A DNA stretch of 64,000 nt from assembly GCF_021869535.1 (NCBI RefSeq), contig NW_026262582.1, positions 37,510,001-37,574,000 of the forward strand. Reading direction: 5' to 3'. Positions 12,778 through 26,100 of this stretch are shown here, in pieces (position 1 is the first letter of the stretch; each line of letters begins with the position of its first letter). This DNA is from Mytilus californianus. Lineage: Eukaryota. Under the pieces are notes generated by a model. That model worked only from the letters and a program-made list of their open reading frames with translations, did not search any database and was not told the origin of the DNA. The position numbers and the translations under genes were made by a program.

Positions 12778-13380
12778 AAAACAACACTTTACGACAAAGA
12801 TAGATGTAATCAGCTTCCCAATTGTGAATATTCCATTGCTATGTAGCAACATTCCTGCATACGGAATTCATATCTCAAAGTTGAATCGATATTCCAGGGC
12901 TTGCATTTCCTATCATGAATTCCTTGATTGAGGCTTGCTGTTCACAAGTACGATATTAACCCAGATTTCCAAATAGTAAAGTTGAAAACATCACTTCGTA
13001 AGGTTTGCGGACGGCATTGCCTTTATAGAAAATCAGCTCCACAGATAATATAGGATATGTTCCCAATGTCGTCACTACAATCCCGTTCCTTTTCCTGAAT
13101 TTTACTTACCGACTAAATCATTTTACAGGATTTGTACTAAATGAGCAATCCGACAGGTTCCACATGTCAAGCAGGATCTGCTTACCTTTCCGGAATACCT
13201 GAGATCCCCCAGTTTTTAATCGGGTTCGTGGCTCAGTCTTTAGTTTTCTATGTTGTGTATTGTGTACACTTGTTTGTTTGTTGGTCTTTTTTCTTTTATA
13301 GCCATGGCGTTGTCAGTTTCTTTTCGACTACTGAGTTTGGATGTCCCTCTAGTATAATTCGCCATTCTTTTACATTCAGA
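12778..13380 (+). mobile_element. PLE RT C-terminal relic plus 3' end
   Basis: LYDK..FPIVNIPLLCSNIPAYG..RYSRAC-like frames; tail ...tttggatgtccctctagtataattcgccattctttt. Confidence 0.75.
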
Positions 13381-14024
13381 ATTTTCGCTTAAACATGTTA
13401 TAATCATAAATAGGTCAATTACCTTCGTTTCATTTAAGAATTCAATAAAAATGATATAAATAAGTTATAAGCATATCTTAATTGCCTTTGTAGACCAAGT
13501 GATGGGAATAAAATAATTTAACATGCATTATTGTTGGGTTTTCCTCTCTGTGAAATTATGAAAAAAAGTCTCAGAAAATTCGGCGTGTGTTAAGATGAAT
13601 AAAGATTACCTTAATTACATCACACAAGTTTTACTGTTATTTGGTCATGTTTGCTTTTGAGAGATATAAATATGTTTGTATTTAAATGAAATTTACGAGT
13701 GAAACTATTTTGTGTAACAGATATCAAAACTTGAACATTAATTTAACGTTTGTTTGTATTAACTTATGAAATAAAAGTATTCTATTCTATTGTATAAAAT
13801 TTGATACCAGTATCTTAATATAAATTATATTCTTAATTTACATTATCCTTTTCCTTCGCTTTTCGCTATAGAGATGCATAATTCAAGGTTTGTTACTATG
13901 TCGAACAAACCTATCATAACGAGCCTGAAATAAAGGACACATAAGATAAAGTTATGTCTGTCTCACATCTTCATATAAGCTAGAAACTGTCAAAGAGGGT
14001 ATGTTGAAAGCAAAACATTTGAGC

Positions 14025-14340
14025 TTCGCAATAGTGAACTTTCCATTTATGTGAACCAAAATTCCAGCAGCGCCTGCATATATATATACTATGTATCTCA
14101 AAGTTTATACTATATTCCAGGGTTTGCATTTCCAATCATAATTTTCTTGGTGAAGGGTTGCTGCCGACAACGAAGCTACCAAACCAACAGTTCCAAGTTT
14201 AAATTATACCTTCGTAAATTATAAGGACGCTATCACGAGTAAGATGACAGTTATGAAATATTTGTTTCATATAAATGACAAAGGATATGTTTCAAAGGTT
14301 ATAACCACAATATTATCCTATTTTCCCCGAATATGTCTTT
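14025..14340 (+). mobile_element. PLE RT relic
   Basis: IVNFPF..PAAPAY, YSRVC motif region, similar to 12778 copy. Confidence 0.65.
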
Positions 14341-16937
14341 AAAGGATGACGTTCAAATTCCAAACTATTTATGCGATCATTTTAAGAGACTGTTAGAATA
14401 CATATCGAAAATATATGTTGTGGGAACAATGAGGTTAAAATATATATAAAATATGAAATGAAACGCTAGTTTTGTATAATTTATTGAGGGATACAAAGAA
14501 AAATCCTCGAACAAAAATTGTATATATACGTAAAGAATGACATCCCCTGGTGTTTTCTATTACCTTGGACCTCGATAATATTTTCCAATGAACGAAATAT
14601 AGCACATAACATATTTGTCAAATCTCGGTATATATTATGCGATATGATATTGAACATTGAATTTAAAACATCTGACGTATCTCATCTTAAAGAATAAAGA
14701 CGTTAATTCTACTGAAAAAGACATAATGTACAAGATACAAGCTTATAGAGTTTTTGCTGTAAATTATATCAAGTTTACAACTATTCTTCGCAATATAAAA
14801 TATATTTGTTCCGGAGTCAAACTTTAACATCAGATATTTTAAAAATTCTGTACGCTTCAAAATTTTATTAAATTTGACAAAAAGAAGATTTAGAGATTAA
14901 AAAAGTAAGTGTATTGTATATTATTGAAGAAATCACATATGTCCGTTGCCAAAAACGAAATGTACATTGTGAACATTGTCTTAAACCTTGAAAGTTGCCA
15001 ATAACCTAACGATAAGCCAATGGAAATGTTGTAAATTCGTCTCATAATGCAGGAAAACCAATCAAATCAACTCAGTTCTTCTATTAATATTTATCATCAC
15101 ATATCGTGAGGTATGACATGAGAAATATCTCTGCACGCAAGAAATAGATAAGAGATAACATGCCACAACCATCATAGAAAATTTAGTGTATATTCTGTAA
15201 AACAAATCGTATTTGTTTTAGTGAAACTTGATTAATGATACTTTAGTGTAAACAATAACGTTACGATCTGTATCAGCTGAATTTTCTTAAAAAATAATTA
15301 TATAGCAATGCAGTGAAAATTGATTTATTATGTAAGGTTAAAATGGCATAAACTGTACTTCTTACAAATTACATGTATAACACATGACTTGTAAATTTAA
15401 TTCATTCATTGACACGTTATACGGTATTGTTAACCTTTGGTGTCACCACATAGTATTGATCAATTGATTTATTGCCGATTGTATTTCCCTTTTTAAGTAT
15501 GAAAGATATTTAAATAGGCTAAAGAATTATATATATGTTTTCCATATTCTTAACTGAAAAACCTTTTGGTATAATAAGTTAGATTTCCTTCATTACAAAA
15601 TGCTAACGTAGATGCAAGTTTTGTTTTAAATAAGCTGTTTATAAAATAACTTAATATTTAAAACAATAAAAGAAAATAGCTAATGTAGATACAACTAAGT
15701 GTTTTTAGTTGGTATGCGACATACCTAAGGATTTTTTTTGAAGTTTGAACGAAGCTGTTCCTTAAAAAAACTCATTCAAATTTGCTTTATTAATCGCATT
15801 TATTTGCAAAAATTGAAACAAAACGACTCTGTATTTAACTCAAAATTCATGGTTCTGCATATATTGTTAGTCAAAATGCGAACAAACAAATATTTAAAAA
15901 AACAACAAATATTTAAAAAGTCCTCCGATTTGCTGTTCAACGTCATGTTCATTGATATCACGAAGGACTTATGATTCCATCCTTGTCAATGATATGTTTT
16001 TGTATGAGGGATTACCTGAGTGCTCATTTATTTCTAATTCTTTTATGAGACACTCGTAGTAGTAGTAGTACACACAAAAACAAATCTATTTGAAGATTTG
16101 TCTGCAATACACTTATTGTAGAGAGATGATAGATATTTCACAACTTCTTTGTCTCTGAAACGATCGTAGAAAATTGTCGAGGTTATAAAACAATGAGATT
16201 ATTGACATCCTAAAAAATATTGGTCAGATAGCAAAGATGAAATTGTAGTACATTTTAGATAGAGATAGAAATATGAAATAAATTAAGTGGTGTATTTAAT
16301 GTGCTTTAATAAATAAAAAGGAATCAAAAGAAGAAAATATGTAAACTATCTTTTTATCTTATTGATCTCTACTAATAAAAATATGGAATTAAATAAGCAG
16401 AGAATAGCACTACTTGGTATGTATCTGTTTCAAAACATTCACAAGGAATGCATTATTCACTTACTTTATCAAATCAAATCCTACATTTATATTTTGGATA
16501 TCTTCTAGTACCTGTTTCACGGATTTCCCTAGATTGGAAATCTATGCACGTCCTTTTCAACAAGTTAGTGATTCTTTCCGTTTCAATATGAAATGTATTA
16601 AAGTATTTTTCCGCAAATGAAGCAAATCTGTGTGGCTGTTTAAGTTATTTTTCTTTTAAAACAGGATATTCATATTCTTAAATTTATGACAAATACATTT
16701 TCATCCTTTTCATTTTAAAAAAATATAAACAAATACGAGTACATAATAAATCTAAAAAAAAACCCATTCAAATACAACCGACATCAGGGTGTATCATACT
16801 TACTGCATTTGTTCTTATAGTTTATCAACTAAATCATGACATCTTTGTTTTATTTTAAGTCAACCAAATCAATAAAGCCTCAATAAATAGTAAGAGTTAA
16901 AAGAATAGCAGAGTATCAGTTTTTCTGACGTCATTCA

Positions 16938-17165
16938 TTACAGACAAGTGTTTTCGTAATTACGACTGTTGACATCAAGGTTTTGAATAAAGATAAAATC
17001 ATCTTCACTATCACTATCGCTATGGTCTGACTGTACTACCCCTCTTTTCAGTGAATGATCTATTCCGGTGTAAATTGTTCTGTTTTCTATCCCATGAATT
17101 TTAGTTTGCAGTGAATCAACTGGCTTGATTAAAACCTCTGCATAGTGTAGACCTGGTGTGCATTC
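16938..17165 (-). CDS. Receptor A exon 9: ITIM (LHYAEV), ITSM (TIYTGI), acidic patch, terminal NYENTCL*
   Basis: ttatttatcatag| phase 0; 76 codons ending TAA; about 91% nt identical to B exon 9. Confidence 0.9.
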   Translation of the reverse strand, partial: ECTPGLHYAEVLIKPVDSLQTKIHGIENRTIYTGIDHSLKRGVVQSDHSDSDSEDDFIFIQNLDVNSRNYENTCL

Positions 17166-20100
17166 CTATGATAAATAAGTACACATATTTTAAAAACTAC
17201 ACAACACAATATGCATCATTTAAAATACATTAACTTACCGTTAACGCAAAGTATTTTACAGTGGGATGTCATTAAATAGTCATAAATAATAATCAACCCC
17301 TGTTAAGACTACGTTTTAAGACAAATTCCACATTGACATTATTTGTTTGTTTAAAGAATTATGTACATTTAGTAATATATCATTAATGAAAAAATAATAA
17401 GAATTCAAAAGCTTTCAACACAGGTGTTTCTCTCTAAACTTCCGAACTATTCTATTTAAGGAATGACTGTCTATGAAGAAATAACATAAAAAATGTGGTG
17501 CACACTAAATAAACCGCGAAGCGGGTTATTTTAAAGTGTGAACCACATTTTTGATGTTATTTCGAATAGACAGAACAAAAGTTACAGTCATTCCTTATAA
17601 TTTAATTTTAAATTGCTTTTTAAACCGGAGTAATTATTAAAACACGTTGATGACGTCACAGTCACATGACAAAATTATCTCTATGAGCTGATAGACAAAA
17701 CACTGTCAGCCAATTAGAAGACGCGTTACATTCAAAATTAAATTATTGAATTATGAAAAGTCTTAGGTGTAAAACCACCATTGATTTTCCCCTATTAGTC
17801 TTTGTTTAATTTGCATTTTTCAAAAAAATGTGCAGAATTCATCTTTGTTTCAAATAAAGAAATACTTGGCATGCGTAAAGTTATATCCTGTCTAATACTA
17901 AAGACACAATTTCCCACAGCATTTCATTGCATATAAGAAAAAAAAAACCCATCACTGTAAGTTAACTAATCAAATTGTCGATCCCTATTTTTCCTTATTT
18001 TTGAAACACCTAATATATATATTTATGACCAAGATTTTTTTTACTGAAATGAAATGTAGGATTTATTTCCTAGATTTGTCAAATTCAAGATAATGTTCTA
18101 TTTTTTTATCCTTTTATCGAATGCAACCGGATGTGACACTATAATTTATTGGTATTACACCTAATATGACACATTTTCACGTCTATAAAAAGTCTGCAAT
18201 TACATTCAATCCTCTGTGTTTCTATACCAGAACAAGGTATAATTAAAATCTGTTCAAATCTATACTGAAATGATAATGACTTATGCGTATTTTTTCGCGT
18301 AAAGTTTTTTATTGTTAAAACAGAAACAAAACTATGGAGTTTCTTGAGAATGATCGTTATCTTTTCGTTATTGATATACCAATTTTTGTATAAAAGGTAT
18401 TACATGCAATGAAATAAATGAAATATGAACCTCGAATAAAAATATGTACAATTTGTAATTGTATAACAGAACCCTATAAATCTGCTAAACGAAAACATTT
18501 CATATTCTTGGATTCATGGTGTCTAGGCTGCGTTTGTGTGCGAACAATTGTCAAAAAGTAGTATATTAGTAGCTTTTATCTAAAGCTTAAATTTTAAAAA
18601 CAGCAGGTAAGTAAGTTGCGTTCAATTACCTTAAATGAACAAATGTGCAGCACTCATTAACTGAACATATTTATAAAAAAGAGGAAATATTTTTGATAAG
18701 GAAATATTTACACACAGATATAAATAACCAAATTGCGTGTATTCACTTTTAAATACTTATATTTAGTTTGACCTTACCAGGAAATGTTAAAGTTCATTGT
18801 TTGATTCATTTGTCATGTGCTATTAAAAAATAAGTACAAGAACTGACTTAAATTGATTCCTTATATAAAAGATTCATAACTTTTTTTTATTAGACTTCTT
18901 TAACACACGATCCTCTACATTCTAATGTTCAAATGATCGTCTAAAAAACATATTTCAACCTTTATCACAAACTAATGGATAATGTTAATACAATATATTA
19001 TGGTTTAAGGAATGGATCAATAAGTCTTTGAAACTGAGTTTTGTAAGATGGTAAGTTTGACGACAGACATTCTGTAAGAAGCTATCGAAACACACATTGT
19101 AATCCTTTGCTGACTTGTTCCATAACTTATGAGGCCTAAAAAAGTTATGAGGGTGCTTCCCAGGAAAAATCCACATGTGCTTGTTTTCTCTTTAATTAAC
19201 GGTTTGATAATGATCATATGTCTAAAAGTGATGCCATATGGCTAAGAGGCAGCTACCTTTTTACATAAAAAAAATAAAAAGGATGTAATCCCAGCATAAA
19301 ACAAAAGTCTATACACATTCCAGTTCAAAATATTCAGTTTCCTATCATCGTTTTCTTGATAAGTGTTTGATTGCTGTTCTTTCCCAACGAGTACAGTACT
19401 ACCTGTGACTTTATCTTATTAATGGTGGCCATAAAAACTATGTCAACCATGTTGGCCCTATATGTCCATCAATATCCCCCCTGTTGCTTAATTAATACTC
19501 AAGGTATAAATAAAAAACTAGTCAAGGATAAAGGGAATTCATGACTGCATTGAAGTGTTAAAATTATATAACTTACGGGTCAAGTGTCTCAGGTAAAACA
19601 TATGTGTTTGTCAAATTTAATCATTGTTAATTACTGTGAGTATGACAAGAAAATTCTAAAAAAAAAAAAAATAATGAAACTAGTTGAACATATAGCGTAA
19701 TAACATTTATTTTGAAAAAAATTGTCTCATGACTGTTTGTTTTGATGTTATACCTTTTAAATAATTCTATCAATTTAAGTTATTTTTACATGTATGTTTT
19801 GTTAAGTGAAGAATAAATGAATATCATCTTCTAATATAATGCAAACTTTCACAATGCCTGCCTTTTTCTATTGAAAAGGTGTTTCTCAAATTAATTTTCT
19901 AAAATCAAAATTGTTTATCTTAGAGAGACTGATCTGCATTCAACATTGTTTAACAAATGTTTAAGATTATCTTTAGGACTTATTCTAAATAAAATTTAGG
20001 AAATTTATTATTTTTCTATTGAATAAATATATTCAAAATATATTCATTACAGCAAAAGTTGATAATATTTTTATTGTCATACATGTATAAACTTATTATA

Positions 20101-23100
20101 ATGAGTTTGTGATAAAAAAAACCAAAAACAAACATTAGAATGCAAAGAAATAATTCTAAACACATGGAAAAAAAATATTAGGTTTCTGCGCTCAGTTCTA
20201 ATGACTATTTTATAAAGGAGGCAATATTTAAAACATGTTCCATGTTGAAGAGTTTAAGCATTTCTTTTACTTTTTGTTCTTGGGTAACATGGATAAGAGA
20301 CATTACTATGAGAAGGTAAACAATTTTCAAATAGATTATCTCCAAGTTGTTTTGTTAATTTTAATTACAAGGAGGAAGTGTTCTTCATCGTCCAGCAAGT
20401 GGCACAGTTTACATATTCTATCCTTTCTAGGAAATTTACTTTTTGTCCTATCAAATGTGTGACTTTATGTCCGGTGACTTTTTGTCCTGTGACTTTCTGT
20501 CCGTCTACCATTTTATATTGTCCACTATTTTCTATTTCTAGATTATGACCACTAATTCTTTACTAACTGAAGCATTTGAGTTTACAGTTAAGTTTTCATC
20601 ATAAGTTTTTATTCTATTTTCAAAAATATCTTTATATTTTTCTGTAAATTCATTTTTAATCAAGGGCTTTAAAGAGTCTAATTCATTCAAGTCCCTGCAC
20701 AAAAAGTGATTTAATTAATAGACCATACAACTGTCACAATTTATTTATTTGGAGACAAATTTTGGCTGTTAACTGACAGAAATTAGCCAAACTGAAAATA
20801 ACATGTTTGATAAGTTTACAATTGTTTCAAAAAACAAGACAATGTTTCTTTAGATAATTTCTTGTCATAAGATTCACGTTATTTTGAGAGATAAGAACAT
20901 TTTGCATTATGATTGGAATTTGTAATGAGCATTTATCAAAATTTGATAACAAGGTGGGCATTTGGAAAATTTAAGTCTCTTCGGTGATTCGTCATGCACA
21001 ACTCCTGTTTCGAGATTTGAAAAAAAATAATGATTAACAAAAATTGTTAATTCCTAAATTATATAACGATATTTGTAGTTTTCCTGAATAATAATAAAAA
21101 GTACAATTTTGTTATCAAAATTTATTGTAAAAGGATTGATATTGATCATTTTATTTTGTTAAGAAACAGGCTTGTTAAATTACTTGCTTCATGGGTCCTT
21201 CAAACATATCATTTGCACGATTATAAGTTATAATTCATTTCATAATTCAAACAAACAATTGAATACAACGTACATCATGTACAATAACTTTTTTATTACT
21301 TAAAAAAATAATTATTTAAAGGATTCTCTGTTTTGTTTTTGAAATGCTAGTCAATAACTTATCTTTGATTTTTTTTTCATTTCTACTCAAGATTATAACC
21401 AAGAAGAAATTAAAAGAATAAGAAACAAAAAACAAATAAAAAAAGACATACAAAAATGATTAAAAAAAACCCCCCAAAAACCATTAAAATAAAATAAAAA
21501 TAAATAAATTTAAAGACAGAAAAATCAACAAATAATATAAATTATCAAAGATTAAAACAACATTGTATTCTACATTTAAAAAAAGGTGAAATTTCAATTT
21601 TAAAAGAAATCTGAGTTACCTGTACAGGTAAATTTTAATGAAACATACAAGCTGAAAACTTCAACCCTGATTGGTTTCAACAGGTAACATAATTAAATAA
21701 AAAATCAACTATGTTTTATGACCCCAATAAATGGCCAAAATCTCAAGATTAAATACCCCAATAAATGGTCACCATTTGATGTCGACGATACAAGAGAGTG
21801 GACATAATTAAGAGGATGTCCCAGGTTGTACTGTATGCTAATGTACTAAAAAGTGTACGGTGGGTCATTTTATGATAAGGACAAATAATAGCACTGAAAA
21901 AAGAGTGAATGCAAAGAGTTAACAAAAGCTTCATGAAATGCCAAAGATTACATTATTATCTATTAAGGGGTGAATTAATTAAAATCAATCATTATTGTAA
22001 CTGGGAAGACAGTCCATTACATGTAATTTAACTGCACTTGACTCGTTTGTATTTCTTTCATTGCTGGTAGCACTTCTATACTCACAAACACCAAGATCTG
22101 AAAAGCAAAGTATGTTTTTACATGATCAGAATATTTTTGAAATCTTGATGAAAGTAAAGGAGATTTTTCATCACAACTTGAGTCAAAAAGATACAGTAAC
22201 AGTCTGATTAACTTATTTTTCCTTCATCTAGTTAAAACGTTTATGTTGAGAAAACCTTACTGTTGACCTAAACACATATTGGCAATTTTACCAAAGAAGA
22301 GTAATATCATTCTACTCAAATATAAAAAAGGATAGAAAAGGGAGGATCAAACAAATGCATTTATGCTTTGCAGTGTTGAGCATTTTTGTTATTAAGAATG
22401 CCATTAATTAGTGATTTGTAGTTTGTCTCTAGGAAATCTATACAGTAATACATATTCAAGTAATGCCCTTCTGGCTAATAGATATATGAAGAGATTAAAA
22501 ATAATTTGTCTGATGTACGATTATACGTTGGTAATACACAATGTGTTAGTAAATGCGCTAACAAAATCGATCTGAATGTACTTTTAATTTTGTTTTGAAA
22601 TTAAATGTCGTATGAATAATTCAGAACTTTTACATCGATATGTTACGCCATGAAGTTATAGTTTCTCAGATTGCATATTCGATATGAAATGCATCACACG
22701 TTAATTTGTGATTCAATCAAAATTGCTTCTTAATCAACAGTTACATTGTGCCTTTGTCTATTTTGGAATAAAAAAATGAGAACCCTCTTCCCATAGAAAT
22801 GTAAAACTTGTTTTTCGTTTTTAATAATATTGTTCAGTAAATTTTACAATTACCTGCATCATTAACATAAATGATTGGTTCGATATATTCTTGAACTGTT
22901 CTATCATGAAACGGCATTTCCGGTTCGGTTGAATTTTCATTTGGTGGAACATTTGAATTCTGGTACAACTGATTTTCTACAGTATTATCTTCTTCTGAAA
23001 ATATTAAGATGATATAATGCAATAATGTGTGTTTTTATACACGATTGGTTTTAAAATTTTTGGCTATGAGCACGATGCGCGTTTCTAATGGAGGCAAGTT

Positions 23101-26100
23101 CAGTCGAGCTCATTTAACGGACAAAATGAAAAAGAGAGTCATTATAATTTACTTAAGCAAAGCTTTTTTATGATGTCTCTTTGTGCACAACCTACTTGTA
23201 CATATTGTATCGTTGTATTCATTGTTCTACATAAGGAAATGTCTGTATCAACTCAGGAATATGACAGTTGTTTTCCGTTTGTTAGATGTGTTTGAGCTTT
23301 TAATTTTGCCAATTGTTTTCATGTTAGTTTACCTTTTATTTTGGTTAACGAAGGGAAGTCAGATTATGTTTTAATCTGTCTTTAATTAAAAAAACAATTA
23401 GGATTCAGATGTTTTATATGTTCAATTCAAATACCAAAAAAGAAAAATGAATGAAGTAACCAAGGAGGGAGGAGTAATGTACCTACTTTTTGTATTAACC
23501 AATAATGATCTATGTATTTTTAAGAATATGAGTAGATCAAAGCTCCTAGAGCAGATATTCTCAACGAGGTATTGCAGGCTTGTAAATAAAACAGATATTA
23601 GTCATTTGACAGTCCTAGTAAAGCCACTACGTTTTTGAAGATATTATGCAATGATGATGTTCAGATGATTGGAGGATGATCGATATTTGGATATCAGTAA
23701 ACAAATGTCAACCAATTTGACGTTGGTACGATACATAATACGAAAGCAGAACTGAAAAAAAATTTGTGCTTCCAAAGCGATTTTCTTAATATGTATATCT
23801 TTACCATTGTTAGTTATCAGATGTCAAATTAGATTATATATAATCATGGAATTTGCACATGTGTTCACGTGATGTTTCTGTCTTTAATCCTGAATCTTTT
23901 ATAAACAAGTGATCAAATATTTTTGTATTTAAGTTATATAGGATATACAGAAGACAACATGCATTACTATTTACCATTTATTTCTTCAGTTGTTGTATGG
24001 CTGAAATAGAAGTAGCATTTAAACTATATATCAATACATTCATATTGTTAACAATAACATAACAATAGTTTGTAACAGGTTCCAATTAAAATAAATCCGA
24101 CTTGAAATATCTCTATAGCCAAAAAGAAGCAATTTAAGTGGATTCAAAAGTTTGTTTAAGGATATATTATGGTATCTACAATAATAGTTCGTTAAATTCT
24201 CATAACATTCAAACCATTTAATTAAGATTGACTATATATGTAATATTTGCTACATTTGTATATAACAAGAACCGTAAATTCAGTTGTTGCTTTTTATTAT
24301 TATTATAATTATTCCTTTATTGTGATTTCACTTAAATTTGTTAGGTTGATCTACTTTTTTATCCAGTTAATTAAAAGGTTTTGACCTTGATATCACATAT
24401 GATACCGATAAAAACAAATTTCACTTGTGTTTCGAGCTCAACACTTTTGATATTTGGCATCCGATAAATTTTTGTTATCTAACTTTTCGCTAGTGTTCCG
24501 GTATAATTGTCCAAGCAATTTTCATCAGTTTAATATTGCATTTTATTTGCTCTTCATTTTCTATATTTGATTTGACCTTACAATATGTTTTTATCATATC
24601 AATAGATTTATCATATGTAAATTTAATGCCTGTCTGGCGCACCAAAGTTTCCGTATGGTATCTATAACAACCATTGGTAGTAGCCCAGTAGTTAGTATTC
24701 TAGTCTTAATACGAACAATTATTGATACGATAATATTTTGTAAATTTGCTGATTATAAAATGTTGAATTATTTGCATCGTTAAGATTTAAACAATGGACA
24801 CATTTCCATAACCGTTCAGATTTTCAGTTATGATTATCTTTAATTTCGGTTTTGATTGGACCACCACTAAAAATTCGTGGGTAGGCGAAACACGCGTATT
24901 TTAATATATATATATTGATATTTTTAATGAGTTTTTTAATTCACTGGGTCGGTAAATGTGATGATAAACGTTTTGTGTACCAGCACATTTTGTGTTGACA
25001 TGACATATTATTGATACGGTTCTGTTTTAATGACAAATAACCCACTTAGCTGCAACAAGCATTTTTTTTTTATACAAAAAGAAAGCCCCGTTTATATAAA
25101 CAAAATTGCATTTAGACTTTATATTGTTTGTCCATATAGGGGTATAACATGGTTAATTTTACAATGAAGAACTGAGAAAGTCGTATTATTCCCCGGCTTT
25201 TGGTTTGTTAAACATATGTTAAATGTAAAGTAGTTTTAGCAGAAAAAAAATGTGTTGTTTTTGTAATATATGTTAACAGTTTATGCTCAACCTTTAACGT
25301 CAGATAAATATTGAACATATATCAGTTTGTAATTTTTTCAGTTTTGCGTGTAAGAAAATTTCTACTTTCCAAACCTATAAGTTCCAGTTTTGTTATTTTT
25401 TTTCATATCACACTGTATGACTGGTGATGCATGCATAGCTGGATACATTTGTTTTGTAGACGCACCTACTATAACTCTATTTGAAACTGACTAGGCTCTG
25501 AATTTGTTAATCCAATCGTTTTTGTTCACTTTCATCACTAGCGATATTTCAAAGGACATCTGTATACTGCTGTTAAGTTCAAATTGAGGAAAAATGCAAA
25601 TGTTTTGACTCACTGAAACAGCAGCTCTCTTCAGTTAAGATTTTTATATTTGTATGACTTCTTGATATTTTCATACAAGAACTACATATGTTTGAATGTT
25701 ATAGTTTTCCAAGGTTCTTGCTTTATATTCATGTTGGAGTGAAACGTATTAATTTAATTAAATATATACATTGTACAAATTAAGGAGGCCACCGATCGGA
25801 GAACCAATAAACAATACAAAGCTACATTATTAGACGACTCGTTCTATTCTGACGATGCCTTATATGCTATAACGACGAGCGAAAATATGAAAATTACATC
25901 ATAATTACAATAAACTGCACTATGTTTGAACAATAATGCAAAAATCAATATGCATTTTAACAATCAAAAGACCTAATCAACACATTTTTGTTAAAATATT
26001 GATCTATCATAAAATAGTTTACCTTTCTGTATCTCTTCGACATGACAAAAGAAAGGAACTCAACATTTCACCTAAAATACCGACTAGATATAATGTTTAT

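Noticed and set aside
23060-23115. GAAACGCGCATC on the minus strand as a hammerhead remnant in intron 6 of A
   Set aside because: No CUGAnGA core or stem II; not conserved in B
25614-25681. 68-nt phase 2->1 candidate exon in A (SCMKISRS...CCF), potentially mutually exclusive with the 26-nt exon
   Set aside because: Acceptor lacks a pyrimidine tract and there is no equivalent in B; RNA-seq could revive it
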